Source: Podarcis gaigeae (Eukaryota). From it: 64,000 bases of DNA. The DNA lies in NCBI GenBank assembly GCA_964106915.2, contig OZ066918.1, one strand, 5' to 3'. Under the pieces are notes generated by a model. It was given only the letters and a program-made list of their open reading frames with translations. It did not search any database and had not been told where the DNA came from. Of this stretch, positions 25,301 through 39,257 are shown piece after piece. Made by a program: the position numbers and the translations under genes. Within the stretch, counting starts at the first letter, position 1. Each line of letters begins with the position of its first letter.

Positions 25301-27278
25301 GTGATTTGCCTTTTACTATCCCTTGAAGCCCCTGTAATATCATCCTTGCCATTGCAATACATAAAAAGTTTCCCTTCCTTGCAACTGTGAACTATTCTTT
25401 TTTTTAAGGAGGCAAGGAAGTATTATTAAGTATATGTTTGATGCAGAATGCACAAAATGAGAGGGGTGCATAGTAGCAGAAACAACCCCCCTTTTCACCT
25501 CACCTTAGTAGGAGGGAAAAATGCAGCCAGATCCTATGATCTGGAGGACAGAACTGAGTTTCACTGGGTTGTACCCAGCTAACTCCTCCTCAGATATAGG
25601 CTTGCTCAACTTAATGGGCCTAAATGAGTCCTGTCCATCAGTTTCAACGAATCTTCTCTGAACAAGAAGGATATTGGGTTGGGTTCAGTGTTAATTAAAA
25701 TATATGCACAGTTGCATGTCCTAGCAATGTTGATTTGCTCAAATGAAGACTTTATGGACTGATTGGATATTTTTATTTATCTAGGGTTGTAGCCAACTAA
25801 GGTCTACTCAGAATTGCACCTGAGTTAGTCCTGTTTATTCACTTCAGTGGATTCACAGTGAGTAGGACAGCCCTTTACTGGCCGGCACTAGTAGCTACAA
25901 CTAAAACTTCTGCTTGTGCAAGTAAATAAAATTGTTTTCCCAGGTCCTTGCTCTCCCTGCCCACTCTCTCTGCCTTCTCCTCCATTTTCTGTGAAAGCTT
26001 CCCACGTTCCTTCTGATTCGGCCACTGCAATTTGGACAAAGACCCAGAAATGCCAAGGATGGTGGCAAGTTAAGAGGCCATTTCTGTTAGCACTTGCAGA
26101 GATACTTCTCTCGCTGCCTACAAGGCAACCAGTACTGGAAACTCCTGGTTTCTCCATTTCTAAAAGGAATTGGCAAAGCTCTTAAAGATGTCCAGTCCCC
26201 TTACTGGGTCCAGATGTTTCACGAACATCTCATCATGCTTCAGAATCTTCCTCTCTTTGTCTGCGATTGCTCTCAATCCAAGGCCAGACTTTCACCGGCA
26301 GAGGAATTCCCAGTCTGGAACGCACTCTGCAAACAGCAGTCTGGCTTTCTCTGGGAGCTGACATTGATCAAAAGACACCACTCCCAAATCTACGAAGTCT
26401 GCCAAGGTTAAAATATTTCCTTCAATCTGTCTGGCCCATTAAGGCAATTCCCTGCATATTTTAATGCTAGGGTTAAGCTAGGTCCCTTTTATGTTACATT
26501 CAAGCATGTTTTAGCCAGCAAAAACAGGCTCTTTAAAAATCATCCAAGTAATAAGGTGATTTCAAAAAGAAAGAAAGAAAAGAAAAGAAATTCTCCCGAG
26601 TGCAATAAAAGGTGGTAGTTTCTGCAAAGGGGGAGGGGAGGAATCACGACAGGCCCTTCTGTTAATACTTATCTTGCTAATGTGTCTCCCAAATGGCTGG
26701 AGCAAAGTGCTTGTGATATTAAGAAGATTTTGTCGTGCAGTTCCCCATATGTTTTTCCCATGTAGCTCTCTTTATTGTGAGCTGGAGGGCTGCAATGTCA
26801 CAATGCATCCCAGGTTACTTGGTATTCTGCATCAGACTAGCCCTATTCATTTTGCAGCTACAGAGGAGAAGGGGATTTGTAGCGCTACAAGCAGTCAAAT
26901 CTCCAACTCCCTTTCCTCGGTCTCACGTGGCAAAAAAAAACCCTTTCGCATTCCACTTGTGGACTTCCTGGGAAGCATCTAGCCAGCCAGTGCTGGGAAC
27001 TACTCCAACAGATGCAAAGGGCCAAAGAGCAGGATACGGCCCTTGCCTCCACCCCCTGCCTGTGAACTTCTAAAAGTATTTGGGCACTCCTTTTGTTTCT
27101 CATTTCCTTAAATCTTTTGTTCATTCCTCACATTAGTTTGTGACTCCAAAAAATAAAATAAAAAATTCCACATGGAACTCCCAGTCTTCAAAGAGCATAT
27201 AATTAGTTTGTGGAATTCCCTGCCACAACGTGTAGTAGGGGCCACTAGCTTAGATTCATTTAAAAGAGGGTTAGACTA

Positions 27279-27714
27279 TGTTGTGGATGTTGGGATACTG
27301 CCAGGGAGACATAGGCCATCACTGCCTCCACACCGACTCCGGACTCCGGACGTCCATCGACCTCCCGTAGATACAGTATCAGCAATTAGCGACATGAGCT
27401 CCAGAAAATAGCCTTCCACTCATCTGGAACTGATGCACGCTCTATCAGCAGAATTCACACAGCGAAAGTTGCACTCAGGAGAGCATTATTTAGAAAGTTT
27501 ATTCAGCGTTGGTCAGAACAAAGAAAAACATGACCGCCTGCTAGCGTGTTCAGGCACCGAGAGAGAGAAACGAATATGTGGCTGGAGAGGATGCGGCAGA
27601 ATTCTGTCATCTGACCACTAAGAGTTCAAGGGATCAGTTCCCAGGAGATCACATCACCGTCCTTCCTGCAAAAGCTTTAAAAGAATCCTCCTCTTCAGAG
27701 AGAAGACAACAACA
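27279..27714 (-). mobile_element. Probable solo LTR (CpG-rich) next to a CR1 fragment
   Basis: TGTTGT..ACAACA termini; minus-strand AATAAA near 27498; no clean TSD. Confidence 0.5.
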
Positions 27715-29524
27715 CAGTAGGAGGTTTGCAGTCTCCATAAATAAACCCCCAAGAGTAATCAGCCTTCCAATGAATGTCATACTAAGGAAGAACTGCAGCT
27801 GAATGAGTAACTGTGGTCAAAACGAAGGGTGGGTGATGCAGATTTTTTTTAAAAGTGTATTTCTGTCTGTGTTTGTAGATGTATTTCATATGGAATACTC
27901 CCTCAAATGGAAATAAGGGGAGGCGTTCTGTTCGTGCCAACGTGCTATGTGAATAGCTGTTACTGCACAAAAATGTTTTACTGCTTTCATTGGATGGCAC
28001 CCAGTGATAATCAGAGATGTGTTCAAAGGGGTATATTTCAGGGCTGTCATATGTCCGGACATCACTAAGATTCCGAAGGTGGAATTGACGTCAGGGGGGA
28101 ATTTCCTAAAGGCGGTGCTTTGTCCTGGATCTTAGGCAAGTCAATCAAAAAAATGTGGGGTGTTGTGGGGTTTTTTGGCATTTTTGTAAAAAGAAGCTCA
28201 ACAACTTTCTGGTTTTCCTTAAACAAAAAAAACAAACAATTTCGGTGGTTTCCTTAAAAAAAAAAAGTTCAGCAATTTTGGGGTCTTCCTAAGACAAGTT
28301 CAACAGCTTTCATGGTGTCCTGGTTTTTACTTTTTGAAATATGGCAACCCTAGACTATATAGTGGTACCTCCGGTTATGGGCGGGATCCGTTCCGGAGGC
28401 CTGGCTGTATCCTAGAAAGTCTGTAACCAGAGGTACCCTTCTGCGCAAGCGCATGCGGCGAAACCCGGAAGTATACACTTCCAGGTTTGCCGCGTTCACA
28501 ACCTGAAGTTTACGTATCTAGAGGGGTATGTAAGCAGAGGTACGACTGTATTTCAAATGTGGAAACTGAATGAAACTTGAAAAGGAGAGGCTTTCTGTTA
28601 GCACAAAATGCTGCATAATGGAAGTAACCACATATCATAGCTGTCAACTTTTTCCTTTTCTTGCGAGGAATGCTATTCGGAATAAGGGAATTTCCCTTTA
28701 AAAAAAGGAAAAGCTGACAGCTATGATACAACATGGGGAGCCCCACAGATAGAGGGCTTCTCCCCACACTCATAGGAGTGGATGGACCACACTGTTACAG
28801 CTTTTGTTCAATGAGCCTTCTTTTTTGTGTTTATTTAAATGAAAAGCTTTGGAGAATTCAATTTATTTTCCCTCAGTGACAAGGCTGATGCTATCACTTT
28901 CTTTCCAATGAGTGTTAATTTAGATTGAGATGTCAAAGAGCTGGAAATTATGAGTACATTTTCCTAATCAAGCTAAATCATTGCTGCTAAAGCTGAAACA
29001 GATATAAAAAATATTTTGTTTCACCAAGGGCTTTTAATGAGCTACAAAGTTGAACATCAAGCAAATCAACTATGAGTCAATTATCTTTATTAATGCTGGC
29101 AGGGTCTTTGCCAACATTGATATCTTCAATCCAGTCTGCTCTTTCCACTTGATGTAATGCGTGGCTGTCCCTCACACATATGGTTCAGCCTCTCCATTTT
29201 GCAAAAGATGAAAAATAGCTTAGCCAGTCTCCTGGCAGAGCTGAGATGAATGTGATTTTTTTTTAAAAAAAAAATAATAATCTCATTTGCATATGCACAT
29301 ATTGAACAAATGTTGGGTTGACAGTTCAAGACACTGTATATTTGACGCATGACAAAATAATCAGAATAAGCAAAAGATGCCAGCAAAGCCCAAGCTCTCA
29401 AATTTGGGGGTTTCTTTCCTATCAGACTGCAAATATGAATTCAGAATTTTGGTCCCAGCCCTTGGCATAAGTCTAAACATCCATTCCAGTTTGAAATTGT
29501 CGTCAATTAATCAACTAACACTAG

Positions 29525-29845
29525 TTTTTTTTCTTCTTTTAAATAATTTTATTAAGAATTTCAACATAACAAATTATCAAAACATATCATCTTCATTGTT
29601 CCCCTCCCTCTTTTCCCCTCCCTCCACCCCAGGAAGAACCCCCAAGTCTTCCCTCAGTTCCTCTCTCTGATTTTTCAACACATGTTATTCTCTGCATATT
29701 GTAAAATTGTAAAGATCCTCAATTTCTCTGTCTATTATGGTAACAATCAACAAATTTGTGTATGTTTATTCAAAACCTGCCAAGGAGTCCAATTCATTTT
29801 GTTGTCTTTTTAAGTAGTTTGTAAAAATTTCCCATTCTTTTTTTT
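29525..29845 (-). mobile_element. L1 3' end fragment
   Basis: Similar to 62987-63270 and 7223-7500. Confidence 0.75.
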
Positions 29846-30827
29846 TCTTTTTTTAAAAAATATATTTTATTAAGGGTTTTCTTGTTTTACAGTGTAAGTA
29901 TAATGCCTCGTATTTTTTTCCCCCCCATGTAACTAATCTGCTGAGTAAACGGATTTGGACCTGCAGCCCTTAAATATATACATAACTGAAAATGTCTCAT
30001 ATTGGTGACTTTTACTTCAAATAGTATTTGAAGAGCTTTCTCAGAAAAAAGTGACAGTGTTCACACCTAACTTTATTATGGTTAAACATATGCATTACTT
30101 ACTTCTGTCTATCTACTCTCTCCCCCTCCTTTCTCTCTTTTCTATTTGGGATCCATCAGACTGAATGTCATGCAGTAATTTCCTCTCTAATGTGTTTATT
30201 CTGACGATGGTGGGTGGCTCTCTTCCTTAGCAGTTTCTAAATATTTCAACCCAGTTTAGCTCCTACTCCAAAACACAAGTTAATGCAGGAATCCAAGCCA
30301 TCAATCTCCCCTCCTTCAGACAGTGATAAATTTGAGGACACTAATAGATACCACCTGCTGTTTTTCTTGTTCCTCCCTGTTCAAAACGAGGTTTGGGGTG
30401 TACGAGAACTACAAAGGGAAGATCTATCAGAAGGAATTTTGTTTCTACCACTGCCTTCTAAAAAGCAGGTCCCTCCTGTTACCTTTCTTTGAAATCCTAT
30501 GAATATCTATTTGGAGGCAAGTCTAATGGCCAGTTAGCTAATTCTTCTTCTTCTTTTCATGCAGTACTAAGACACATCCACAAATGCAAATTTGGCCTTG
30601 CAGTTTTCTCCACAGGGCTTCCCACAACAAGACCCATGCATTTTTGGAAGACCTTACACGTGTAGGAGCAATGCTGCAAGAGCCTGGCTCAAGAGGCATA
30701 CCTTGGGAGTTGGGGAAAAACTTTGAGTCTGGTTTGGAGGCTCCAGCTGGTACAAAATGCAGCAGCTACACTGCTGGCGGGGTGGGTATATCTCTGGTGC
30801 TCAAAACACCCACTGACTGCCCATATT

Positions 30828-31190
30828 TAAAGCCCTTTAAAGCCCTAAATGTCTTTGGCCCAGTATACCTGAAGGAGCGTCTCCACCCCCATTGTTCAGC
30901 CCAGACACTGAGCTCCAGCGCCTAGGGCCTTCTGGCGGTTCCTTCACTGCAAGAAGTGAGGTTACAGCGAACCAGGCAGAGGGGCTTCTTGGCAGTGGCG
31001 CCCGCCCTGTGGAACGCCCTCCCACCAGTTGTCAAGGAAATAAACAACTATCTGACTTTTAGAAGACATCTGAAGACAGCCCTGTTTAGGGAAGTTTTTG
31101 ATGTTTGATGTTTTATAGTGTTTTTAATATTATGTTGGGAGCTGCCCAGTGCGGCTGGGGTATAAATGGGTGGGGTATAAATATATTATT
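30828..31190 (+). mobile_element. L2 3' fragment
   Basis: FKALN..GPVYLKERLHPH and L2 3' UTR. Confidence 0.88.
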
Positions 31191-31821
31191 ATATATTTTA
31201 TGCAACTCCTTTCCAGTTGGGATCAGACAAGGCCTCCCTCCCTATTGAACCTCTGGCACCTACCAAAGAATTTGTTATTTCAGTAGGCTTCTAGACCGAA
31301 TTCTGATTTTATAGTTTTACCCAAGTTTTATCGTTTTGTACTGAGTGGTATTGTAAGGTATTGTATACCCCTTAGAGACTATTATAATTAAGCAGTATAC
31401 CCATTTTCACAACAAACAAACAAACAAACAAATAAAGATACTGGCTTTTTAACCCCCAAACTTCCTCTCTAGGTCACATCAAAATCCAAGCATATGGAAA
31501 GAATTCTTGACACCCCACTCCAAAAAACAAAACAAAAAAACAACCCCTAACATGCCTGCCATCCTCAGCCCCCAAACATATAACTTCCTTATTTTCCCAA
31601 ATTGTTTACATTTGTAGCAGAATATTCTTTCAGGAACTCTTACAATTGCAATGGACATTGCCCAGCAGCAACCTAGACGAGAACTTAGAAGTGCAGGGTA
31701 GCAGTGCTGCTCTTCAAAGAGTCATTGGGCTGAGCCCAACAACCAGGTCACCCCAAATCTGGGTCTCTGAAACCTGGTCTCTCAGAGACTACAAGCCCCT
31801 TCCCCAGGGATTCTTATTCTA

Positions 31822-32973
31822 TGTAGCTGGATGTCAGGAAGTAGCAAGGCTCTGAAAAGTGTGTGACAGAGGCAGAAGACAAGGGGAGTGACCAAGGAGA
31901 GGTGACCAGTGATTGATGGGGTGTGATGCCATCTTCAAGGCAGGTGCCAGGGTTGGATGGAGAGTCAGGGCAGTCTGAGATGAAGGAGGGCATGCAGGAT
32001 GTGGCGGAGGAAGAAGTGATGTTTCAGGAGAGGAACGGGTTGGTAGATTCCCCACTTTCCCCTGCTCCACTGTTGCCTAGAACCCAGAGGGGCTTGAAAA
32101 GGGAAGCGCCGTGATAACTTCAGTGCAGGAGAGGTCTCAGGTTCTGGGCACGCAACCTATCAGAGGTATACAGTGGTACCTCGGGTTAAGAACTTAATTC
32201 ATTCTGGAGGTCCGTTCTTAACCTGAAACTGTTCTTTTAAAAAAATATATATTATTGAGTTTTCATATTTAATTACATCTCATTACACAAATCTATAACA
32301 TAAAGCATTGCTCAGGCAGAGCATAGACTTCCTTCCCTCCCACTTTCTGACTTCCAGACATCTTTTACTAAATTCTCACATTTCTATAACCACTTTTTTA
32401 CCTTAAGACTTCTTTTTTTTAATAAAAAAATACCTCCTTATGTGTAAATCAGTTCCTTATTTTCGCATTTCAATTCAAACCTACAAACGTTTTCAAATGT
32501 TTACAATTTTCTTTCATATAAAATATAAATTTGCTCCAGTCCTTTTGAAACAGTTCATCTTGCCGATTCCGGATCTGAAACTGTTCTTAACCTGAGGTAC
32601 CACTTTAGCTAAAGGGGCCTCCCACTGCCACCACACGATTTCTGTTCTCATCCTGAAGCAAAGTTCTTAACCCAAGGTACTATTTCTGGGTTAGCAGAGT
32701 CTGTAACCTGAAGCGTCTGTAACCTGAAGCTTCTGTAACCCAAAGTACCACTGTATAAAGAGGGAAAGGGGTCCCAGTTGCTGCAACTGCTCCATATGGC
32801 CCAGACTGCTCAGAGGCTAGAAGCATGTGAATGTGTGTATCTGGAGCACCTTGGGAGCTGCTGCAAGTGTTTCTCTTGCCAATAAAGGGTTAACTATCTG
32901 ATGTGTGGCTTACCTTATCTGGGATTGGCTGTGACACTGGCTTGCCAACAAAGGCAGGATACTTGTCCTGACA
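31822..32973 (+). mobile_element. Solo LTR with acidic/basic U3 frame; nested MITE and L1
   Basis: TG..CA termini; perfect 5-bp TSD ttcta (31817-21 / 32974-78); AATAAA at 32881; frame EEEVMFQ..SPLSPAPLLPRTQRGLKRE. Confidence 0.75.
32171..32753. mobile_element. Tigger-like MITE (TA TSD) containing an L1 3' fragment (about 32236-32575)
   Basis: CAGTGGTACC..GTACCACTG flanked by TA; same family as 9533-9758. Confidence 0.8.
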
Positions 32974-33206
32974 TTCTAGAGTGTCTACAGTGAGCAAAGC
33001 TTTTGGTCAGAGGGCTGGCTGCTGCTTTCTGGATCTTCACTCTTCAGTGTGGAGGCAGAGCCCAGGAGGATATTCACATCCAGGGAACATAAAAGGGCTT
33101 AGCTGAGAATGTGAGGCTGAGCTCTTATAAGAAGGAGTTGCTTTCTCCCTGGAGCAACCGATGAGGTTTTTTGCCTCTCTTCTTTGAGTTCAGATAAGTG
33201 ATAGCT

Positions 33207-34330
33207 TTTGTATGCCTGTTGTCTTTGTCCATGGAGTTTTCTTGGCAGGGATACTGGAGTGGCTTGCCGGTTCCTCCTCCAGGTGGATCATGTTTGGTCA
33301 AGACTCTCCACTATGACCTGTCCATCTTGGGTGCCCTGCTCAGCATAGTTCATAGCTTCTCTGAGTTATTCAAGCCCCTTCGCCACGGCAAGGCAGTGAT
33401 CCATGAAGGGGTTCAAAATTGGGAAAGGAGTACGACAAGGCTCCTATTGTCTCCCTGCTTATTTATATGCAGAATTCATCATGCGAAAGGCTGGACTGGA
33501 TGAATCCCTAGCCAGAATTAAGATTGCCGGAAGAAATATCAACAACCTCAGATATGCAGATGACACAACCTTGATGGCAGAAAGTGGGGAGCAATTAAAG
33601 AACTTTTTAATGAGGGTGAAAGAGGAGAGCGCAAAATATGGTTTGAAGCTCAACATCAAAAAAATGAAGATCATGGCCACTGGTCCCATCACCTCCTGGC
33701 AAATAGAAGGGGAAGAAATGGAGGCAGTGAGAGATTTTACTTTCTTGGGCTCCATGATCACTGCAGATGGTGACAGCAGCCACAAAATTAAAAGATGCCT
33801 GCTTCTTGGGAGAAAAGCAATGACAAACCTAGACAGCATCTTAAAAAGCTGAAACATCACCCTGCCAACAAATGTCCGTATAGTTAAAGCTATGGTTTTC
33901 CCAGTAGTGATGTATGGAAGTGAGAGCTGGACCATAAAGAAGGCTGATCGCCGAAGAACTGATGCTTTTGAATTATGGTGCTGGAGGAGACTCTTGAGAG
34001 TCCCATGGACTGCAAGAAGATCAGACCTATCCATGCTTAAGGAAATCAGCCTTGAGTGCTCACTGGAAGGACAGATCATGAAGCTGAGGCTCCAGTACTT
34101 AGGCCACCTCATGAGAAGATAAGACTCCCTGGAAAAGACCCTGATGTTGGGAAAGATGGAGGGCACAAGGAGAAGGGGGTGACAGAGGACGAAATGGTTG
34201 GATAGTGTTCTCGAAGCTACCAGCATGAGTTTGACCAAACTGCGGGAGGCAGTGGAAGACAGGAGTGCCTGGCGTGCTCTGGTCCATGGGGTCACGAAGA
34301 GTCGGACACGACTAAACAACAACAACAACA
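33207..34330 (+). mobile_element. BovB (RTE-clade) LINE with inverted 5' end; 11-bp TSD
   Basis: RT motif NNLRYADDTTLMAES and (CAA)n tail. 33207-33410 is BovB-like 5' UTR on the minus strand. TSD aagtgatagct at 33196-33206 and 34331-34341. Confidence 0.9.
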
Positions 34331-36387
34331 AAGTGATAGCTGTTCTCCCTGCTAGCACTCTGATGCAAAATCAGAGAGGACAAAGACTGCAAGTAGCATG
34401 GGAAATGTCATTAGGTGTCCTGCCAAAGGACTGAGCAGAATTTTGACTCGGTACAGATCTAAAGCCAAATCTGTGGCATTTCCTTTGAAATTCGCACATA
34501 ACCGAATTTTGTGAGGCCATTCTTCAACCAAACAACATTTACAAAAATGCTTGTATTGGAGTGGGATGGGGTGTGCGTAAAGATAGAGATATTAGTGAAA
34601 ATAGCACACCAAAATACAGTATATTAGGAGAAATTGCTTATCTATGTTTATTAGAGAAATTGCATTATCTGTGTTTATTTGCACTAAAACACTGGTTACT
34701 TTTCATTATGATTGGTTTCTTTTTATTGCAAATTGCTGTAAAATGTGGAAAACTGAATTTAAGATTGTGTGGGGAGGGACAAGCAACAGGGAGAGTTGAA
34801 ACTGACAGATCCTTCCATCCCTAGTCCCGTCACACACAAGTGGCACAACTGCATTATCAGATCAGCATCCTCTATGCTTATTGTTTTAAAAATGCAAACG
34901 GCACCATTGTTCTAGGGAAAACAAACATGACAAAATATTGAAGCATTTGTCAAGCAGAGCAGCAATCTGAACACATATTTCTTCAGAATCGTTGGGTTTT
35001 ATTTTATTTATTTTGTATTTTTTTTATCATTTTGCAACCTGAGAGGAATACTAAAGATGGCGCATGCTGCATTTCCCTCCTACCACTTAATCTTGAACAA
35101 ATATAACAACTCTTCTGATAGAGGTGGCCAAGGGGCTAAGCCACAGTGGCAAGCCCCATCATGATGATGTATTCATAGTTCACAGAGTGCTAAGTCGTTG
35201 CATTTGGCTCTACAGCCTGCAATTACACACATTGCAAGCACCAGAAATCCCCCCTTCCCCCTTCACAGTTATTTCAGGCCCTTAAAAGGAAGCTCTGGCA
35301 TTCTTTGTGTAGCGAATGACATTAACTTATGTTTCTAACTTGCCTTATTAACCTTTTCTAAGACACAGGCTGGGAAATGCCGGGGAGAAATGCTACCCTA
35401 TTTTGGCATAAACCCATCTGGGAAACCGGTTCTCAGGGTCTAAGGAAAACTCTAAGCAGCAGAAGGTGTGTATGTTACTTCAGATATGTGAAGTGGAACA
35501 TCGGTTTGCTCAGATGTCCAGTTAAATGATCCAATTTATCAATGGCTATTGTCCATCTCTGCTGCCTAAGGGCTTTTTTGGGAGGTGGGGTTCTCCAGAA
35601 ACACACTCCATTTGGGACTTTTATTTCCACAAACAAGCACACTTACTAGGGAAAGGTCCCCACAGAGCACAGTCAGATTTACTTATGAGTAAATGTTCCC
35701 TAGTTGGAGGCAGTGGCGTGCTCTGGTCCATGGGGTCACGAAGAGACGGACACGACTAAACAACAACAAACAACAAAAAATGTTCCCTGGTTTTGTTCCA
35801 GCCCACAGCCATCTCTGGGTGGGTTTGAACCACTGACCTTCTGATTAACAGCTAGACGTGCCAACCCACTGCACCATAGGAGATTGTGGCTTCCTTAGGT
35901 TCGCCAATGGGATGGCAAGCAAACTTGTCTTAAAGGTGAGGCCCGATTCTAGGAGCTGGGCGCTTACCTAAAAGATAGAGATATGCTCATGTTGTTGCCT
36001 CATGGCCCAAAGGCACTGGAAAAGTCAAGCCTGCACACGCTCCAGACCCCAAGCTTTTGTCTAGGATGGGTGCCGGGCTGAAGCTTGTGTGAACAGAGGA
36101 TGAAAGAAAACCCAGTGTTTGCTGCACATTGCTGGCGTAGTCTCTGTTTGTTGTAAGTGTTTAAGCTATCTTGATATAAGTGCCCCAGGGCATAAGCTTC
36201 TCAGAACTGACAGGCAGACACGACATCCCCTCTTGTCCCAATGTTGAAATGCAATGCCATTCTTAGGGGTGGCACAGGAGATGCCACTGATGCCAGTCTA
36301 TGCCAGGGCTGGCCTGCTGTGCATGGCTCAAAGTGAGAACTATGCAGCTACGGAAAGGAAATTAATATAAATTGTTGCAATATTTGT

Positions 36388-36565
36388 ACCGGAAGTTGCC
36401 TTACACCAGGTCAAGCCATTGGTCCATTGAGCTCAGTATTGTCTACCCTAATTGCAGCAGCTCTCCTGGGTATCAGGCAGGGCACTCTCCCAGCCCTGCC
36501 TGGAGATGGCATGGGCTGAACCTGAGACAATCTGTATGCAAAGCAGATGCTCTACCACAGAGTCT
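36388..36565 (-). mobile_element. Old tRNA-derived SINE with CR1-type tail (Squam2-like)
   Basis: Minus strand ctctgtggtagagcatctgctttgcatacag..ggttcagccc. Confidence 0.55.
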
Positions 36566-36610
36566 TCTAACGCTATTGCCACCAATCATTTCCCACTTGT
36601 TTTGCCCCTT

Positions 36611-37052
36611 GTTTTCCCAGTAGTGATGTATGGAAGGGAGAGCTGGACCATAAAGAAGGCTGATTGATAGCCGAAGAATTGATGCTTTTAAATTATGGTG
36701 CTGGAGGAGACTCTTGAAAGTCCCATGGACTGCAAGAAGATCAAACCTATCCATTCTGAAGGAAATCAGCCCTGAGTGCTCACTGGAAGGGCAGATCCTG
36801 AAGCTGAGGCTCCAATACTTTGGCCACCTCATGAGAAGATAAGACTCCCTGGAAAAGACCCTGATGTTGGGAAAGATGGAGGGCACAAGGAGAAGGGGAC
36901 GACAGAGGACGAGATGGTTGGATAGTGTTCTCGAAGCTACCAGCATGAGTTTGACCAAACTGTGGGAGGCTATGGAAGACAGGAGTGCCTGGCGTGCTCT
37001 GGTCCATGGGGTCACAAAGAGTCGGACACGACTAAACGACTAAACAACAACT
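36611..37052 (+). mobile_element. BovB 3' fragment
   Basis: VFPVVMYG.ESWTIKKAD..; near-identical to 33895-34330. Confidence 0.9.
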
Positions 37053-39104
37053 ACAACACTTCTAGACTCTGTTACCAAGATCTATGGGCTCCAACCCTGG
37101 GTGCAGGGCTCTAAGATTTTATCACTGGGCAGATAGACCCCATCCTTTAACCTAGACAAGTTCCAATGCCTGATCCTTTGAGGGTATTGCCCATAGAGAT
37201 CTGCCCAGCTATAGAGCCGGCCCAATACATTTTGGCACCTGAGCAGACTCCAAAATGGCAAGCCCCCTCTGCACCAGGGAAGAAGGGTGATGGAAGATCT
37301 ACATCAGGAACAAGGAAGGAAGGAAGATCGACATCAGGTTCTGCTGCTCCTATGGATCCTGCCACCTGAGGCAGTCACTTCCCCTTGTCTTATGGGTGGG
37401 CCGGACCTGCCCAGGTGTCAGAATGTTGTCTTCCAACCCTCTTCCATGTGTAACAGTTCACCAATGATTGTAGCTTTGGTAGCTCAATCTCACATTGCCA
37501 GCGTCCACAGCATAGTTCCTTCCTATACTGGCTTTGTCTTAGCATCTGAGACGAGAGATACCATCACAAGAAGGAGTCATCTCACCTACAAGATTGGGCA
37601 TCTGAAGCTACCTGAGTGGCTGCAGCAGCCTACTTTTACACAATGAGCTAAAAATCAGAAAGGGCTCTCTGGTTAAAAAGAAGCCCCATTTTGTCTGTGC
37701 CACCTGCCAGTTACAGACATTCAGACTGTGTCTACAAAACAGGAAGCCAATTAATTTAATTACCCAGTCTTCCGACCTCAGTGGGCTCCACAATGCAGCT
37801 TGCGACAATAACAAAAAGATTAAATCTGAAAGAATCTAAATTAAAAGCCCCTACCAAAAAAATAAAAAATAAAAATCTATGTAACGTTTTTCTAACAAGA
37901 ACTAAAACTATTGCAGAAGACAGAGCATCCTTTCATTTTTTAATCACACCAATTGACTGGTGGATCTGTTCCCCAGGGCTCAAGCACAAGTATGAATAAG
38001 CCCTTAGAGAGAGAAAGTCTTTACCTTTCTTCTGGCTCAGGTGTCAATAACAGCCACCTGCAACTAACTGCTTACAGAGACAGGACAATGTATTAGAAGG
38101 TGAACCACTGTCCTGACCCAATATGGTTGCTGTTTGGTTTTCATGAATATACTTTGTCATTTCCTTTTGTTCTGAAGCTAAATTAAGGCTTGGGTTTGGG
38201 GTTTTTCCCCCTCCCCCAAGCACTGTGCAATTCACAAATGGGGTGTGCTCTGAGCACTAAGGGCAACTCATTATTTTCCAACTTATTTTTGTAATATACT
38301 GGCTGCAGTCTGGGGGAAAGCTGTGTCAAGATATCTGCAATACAAAGCCTATTCTGTTTGCGAGCGATTTTCCTCTTGCCTTATTCATGAGCTAAGGATG
38401 CAATGGCATGACCCGGCATGTCAATCAAACTTCAAATTGAGATTTCTGGGGCTATCATAGCAAGGTTAAATGGCACTGTATACAAAAATATCCCACTAAT
38501 GAAACGACAAGTCAGACAGGGTTACTACAAGCAAATAGTTTGCTGCAGAAGAGAAAGAAAGCAAAACAAAACACCACCCACAATATGGAAAGCATGCAGT
38601 GTTATTATGATGGAGGCCAAAGGGAGCCTTTCATTCAAAGTTTTCTTTTCTTTCTTTTCTCGGCCAAGTTTCTTCCCTTTTCAGGAAATTCGATGGCCAC
38701 TCAATGGTGATTTAATATTTCTTAATTATGTGCATCACATGAAAGGTGGTGCCCCTCTTCTCTGATTGTTTACAAGGGTGATTTTGTGTGAGACAGTCTA
38801 AGGAAAAGTGAGATGTGACTAAGACTGTGATTATGGAGGCATAGTCCTGGCACAGACCTCACAGGTAAAGCAGTAGATGTCTGCCTCTCCATCTCTTTCT
38901 TCTGCCATTGGGACCATTCGCCACAGCAGCACCAGGAGTGGCAGCAAACCCCCCTGGTGGACTGGGGAGAGCTCCCTGCAGAACAACTGTCGCCCCCCCT
39001 CACCCGGAATCCCTTTTTGCTAAAAATCTGCATTTTAGGGGAGCAGAGCTTAAGCTACATGGCTGCCATTGTTTGCCACCATTGACAGCACCTGATCGAC
39101 AGCC

Positions 39105-39257
39105 CAGTGACGTAGCGTGGGGGGTGCAGGGGGGGCTGGTCGCACCGGGCGCAACATCTGGGGGGGCGCGCTCGCACTCGAGTGCTAAAATCCACAGGTT
39201 AGGGGGCTCAAATTACTTGCCTTGCCCCGGGTGCTGACAACGCACGCTACGCCACTG
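39105..39257. mobile_element. Young CpG-rich hAT MITE
   Basis: TIR cagtgacgtagcgtg / cacgctacgccactg; 8-bp TSD cgacagcc/cgacagca. Confidence 0.85.

Noticed and set aside
33459-34358. 299-aa minus-strand ORF, and similar ORFs at 36473-37015 and 54203-54514
   Set aside because: Antisense shadow frame of BovB, not a host gene.
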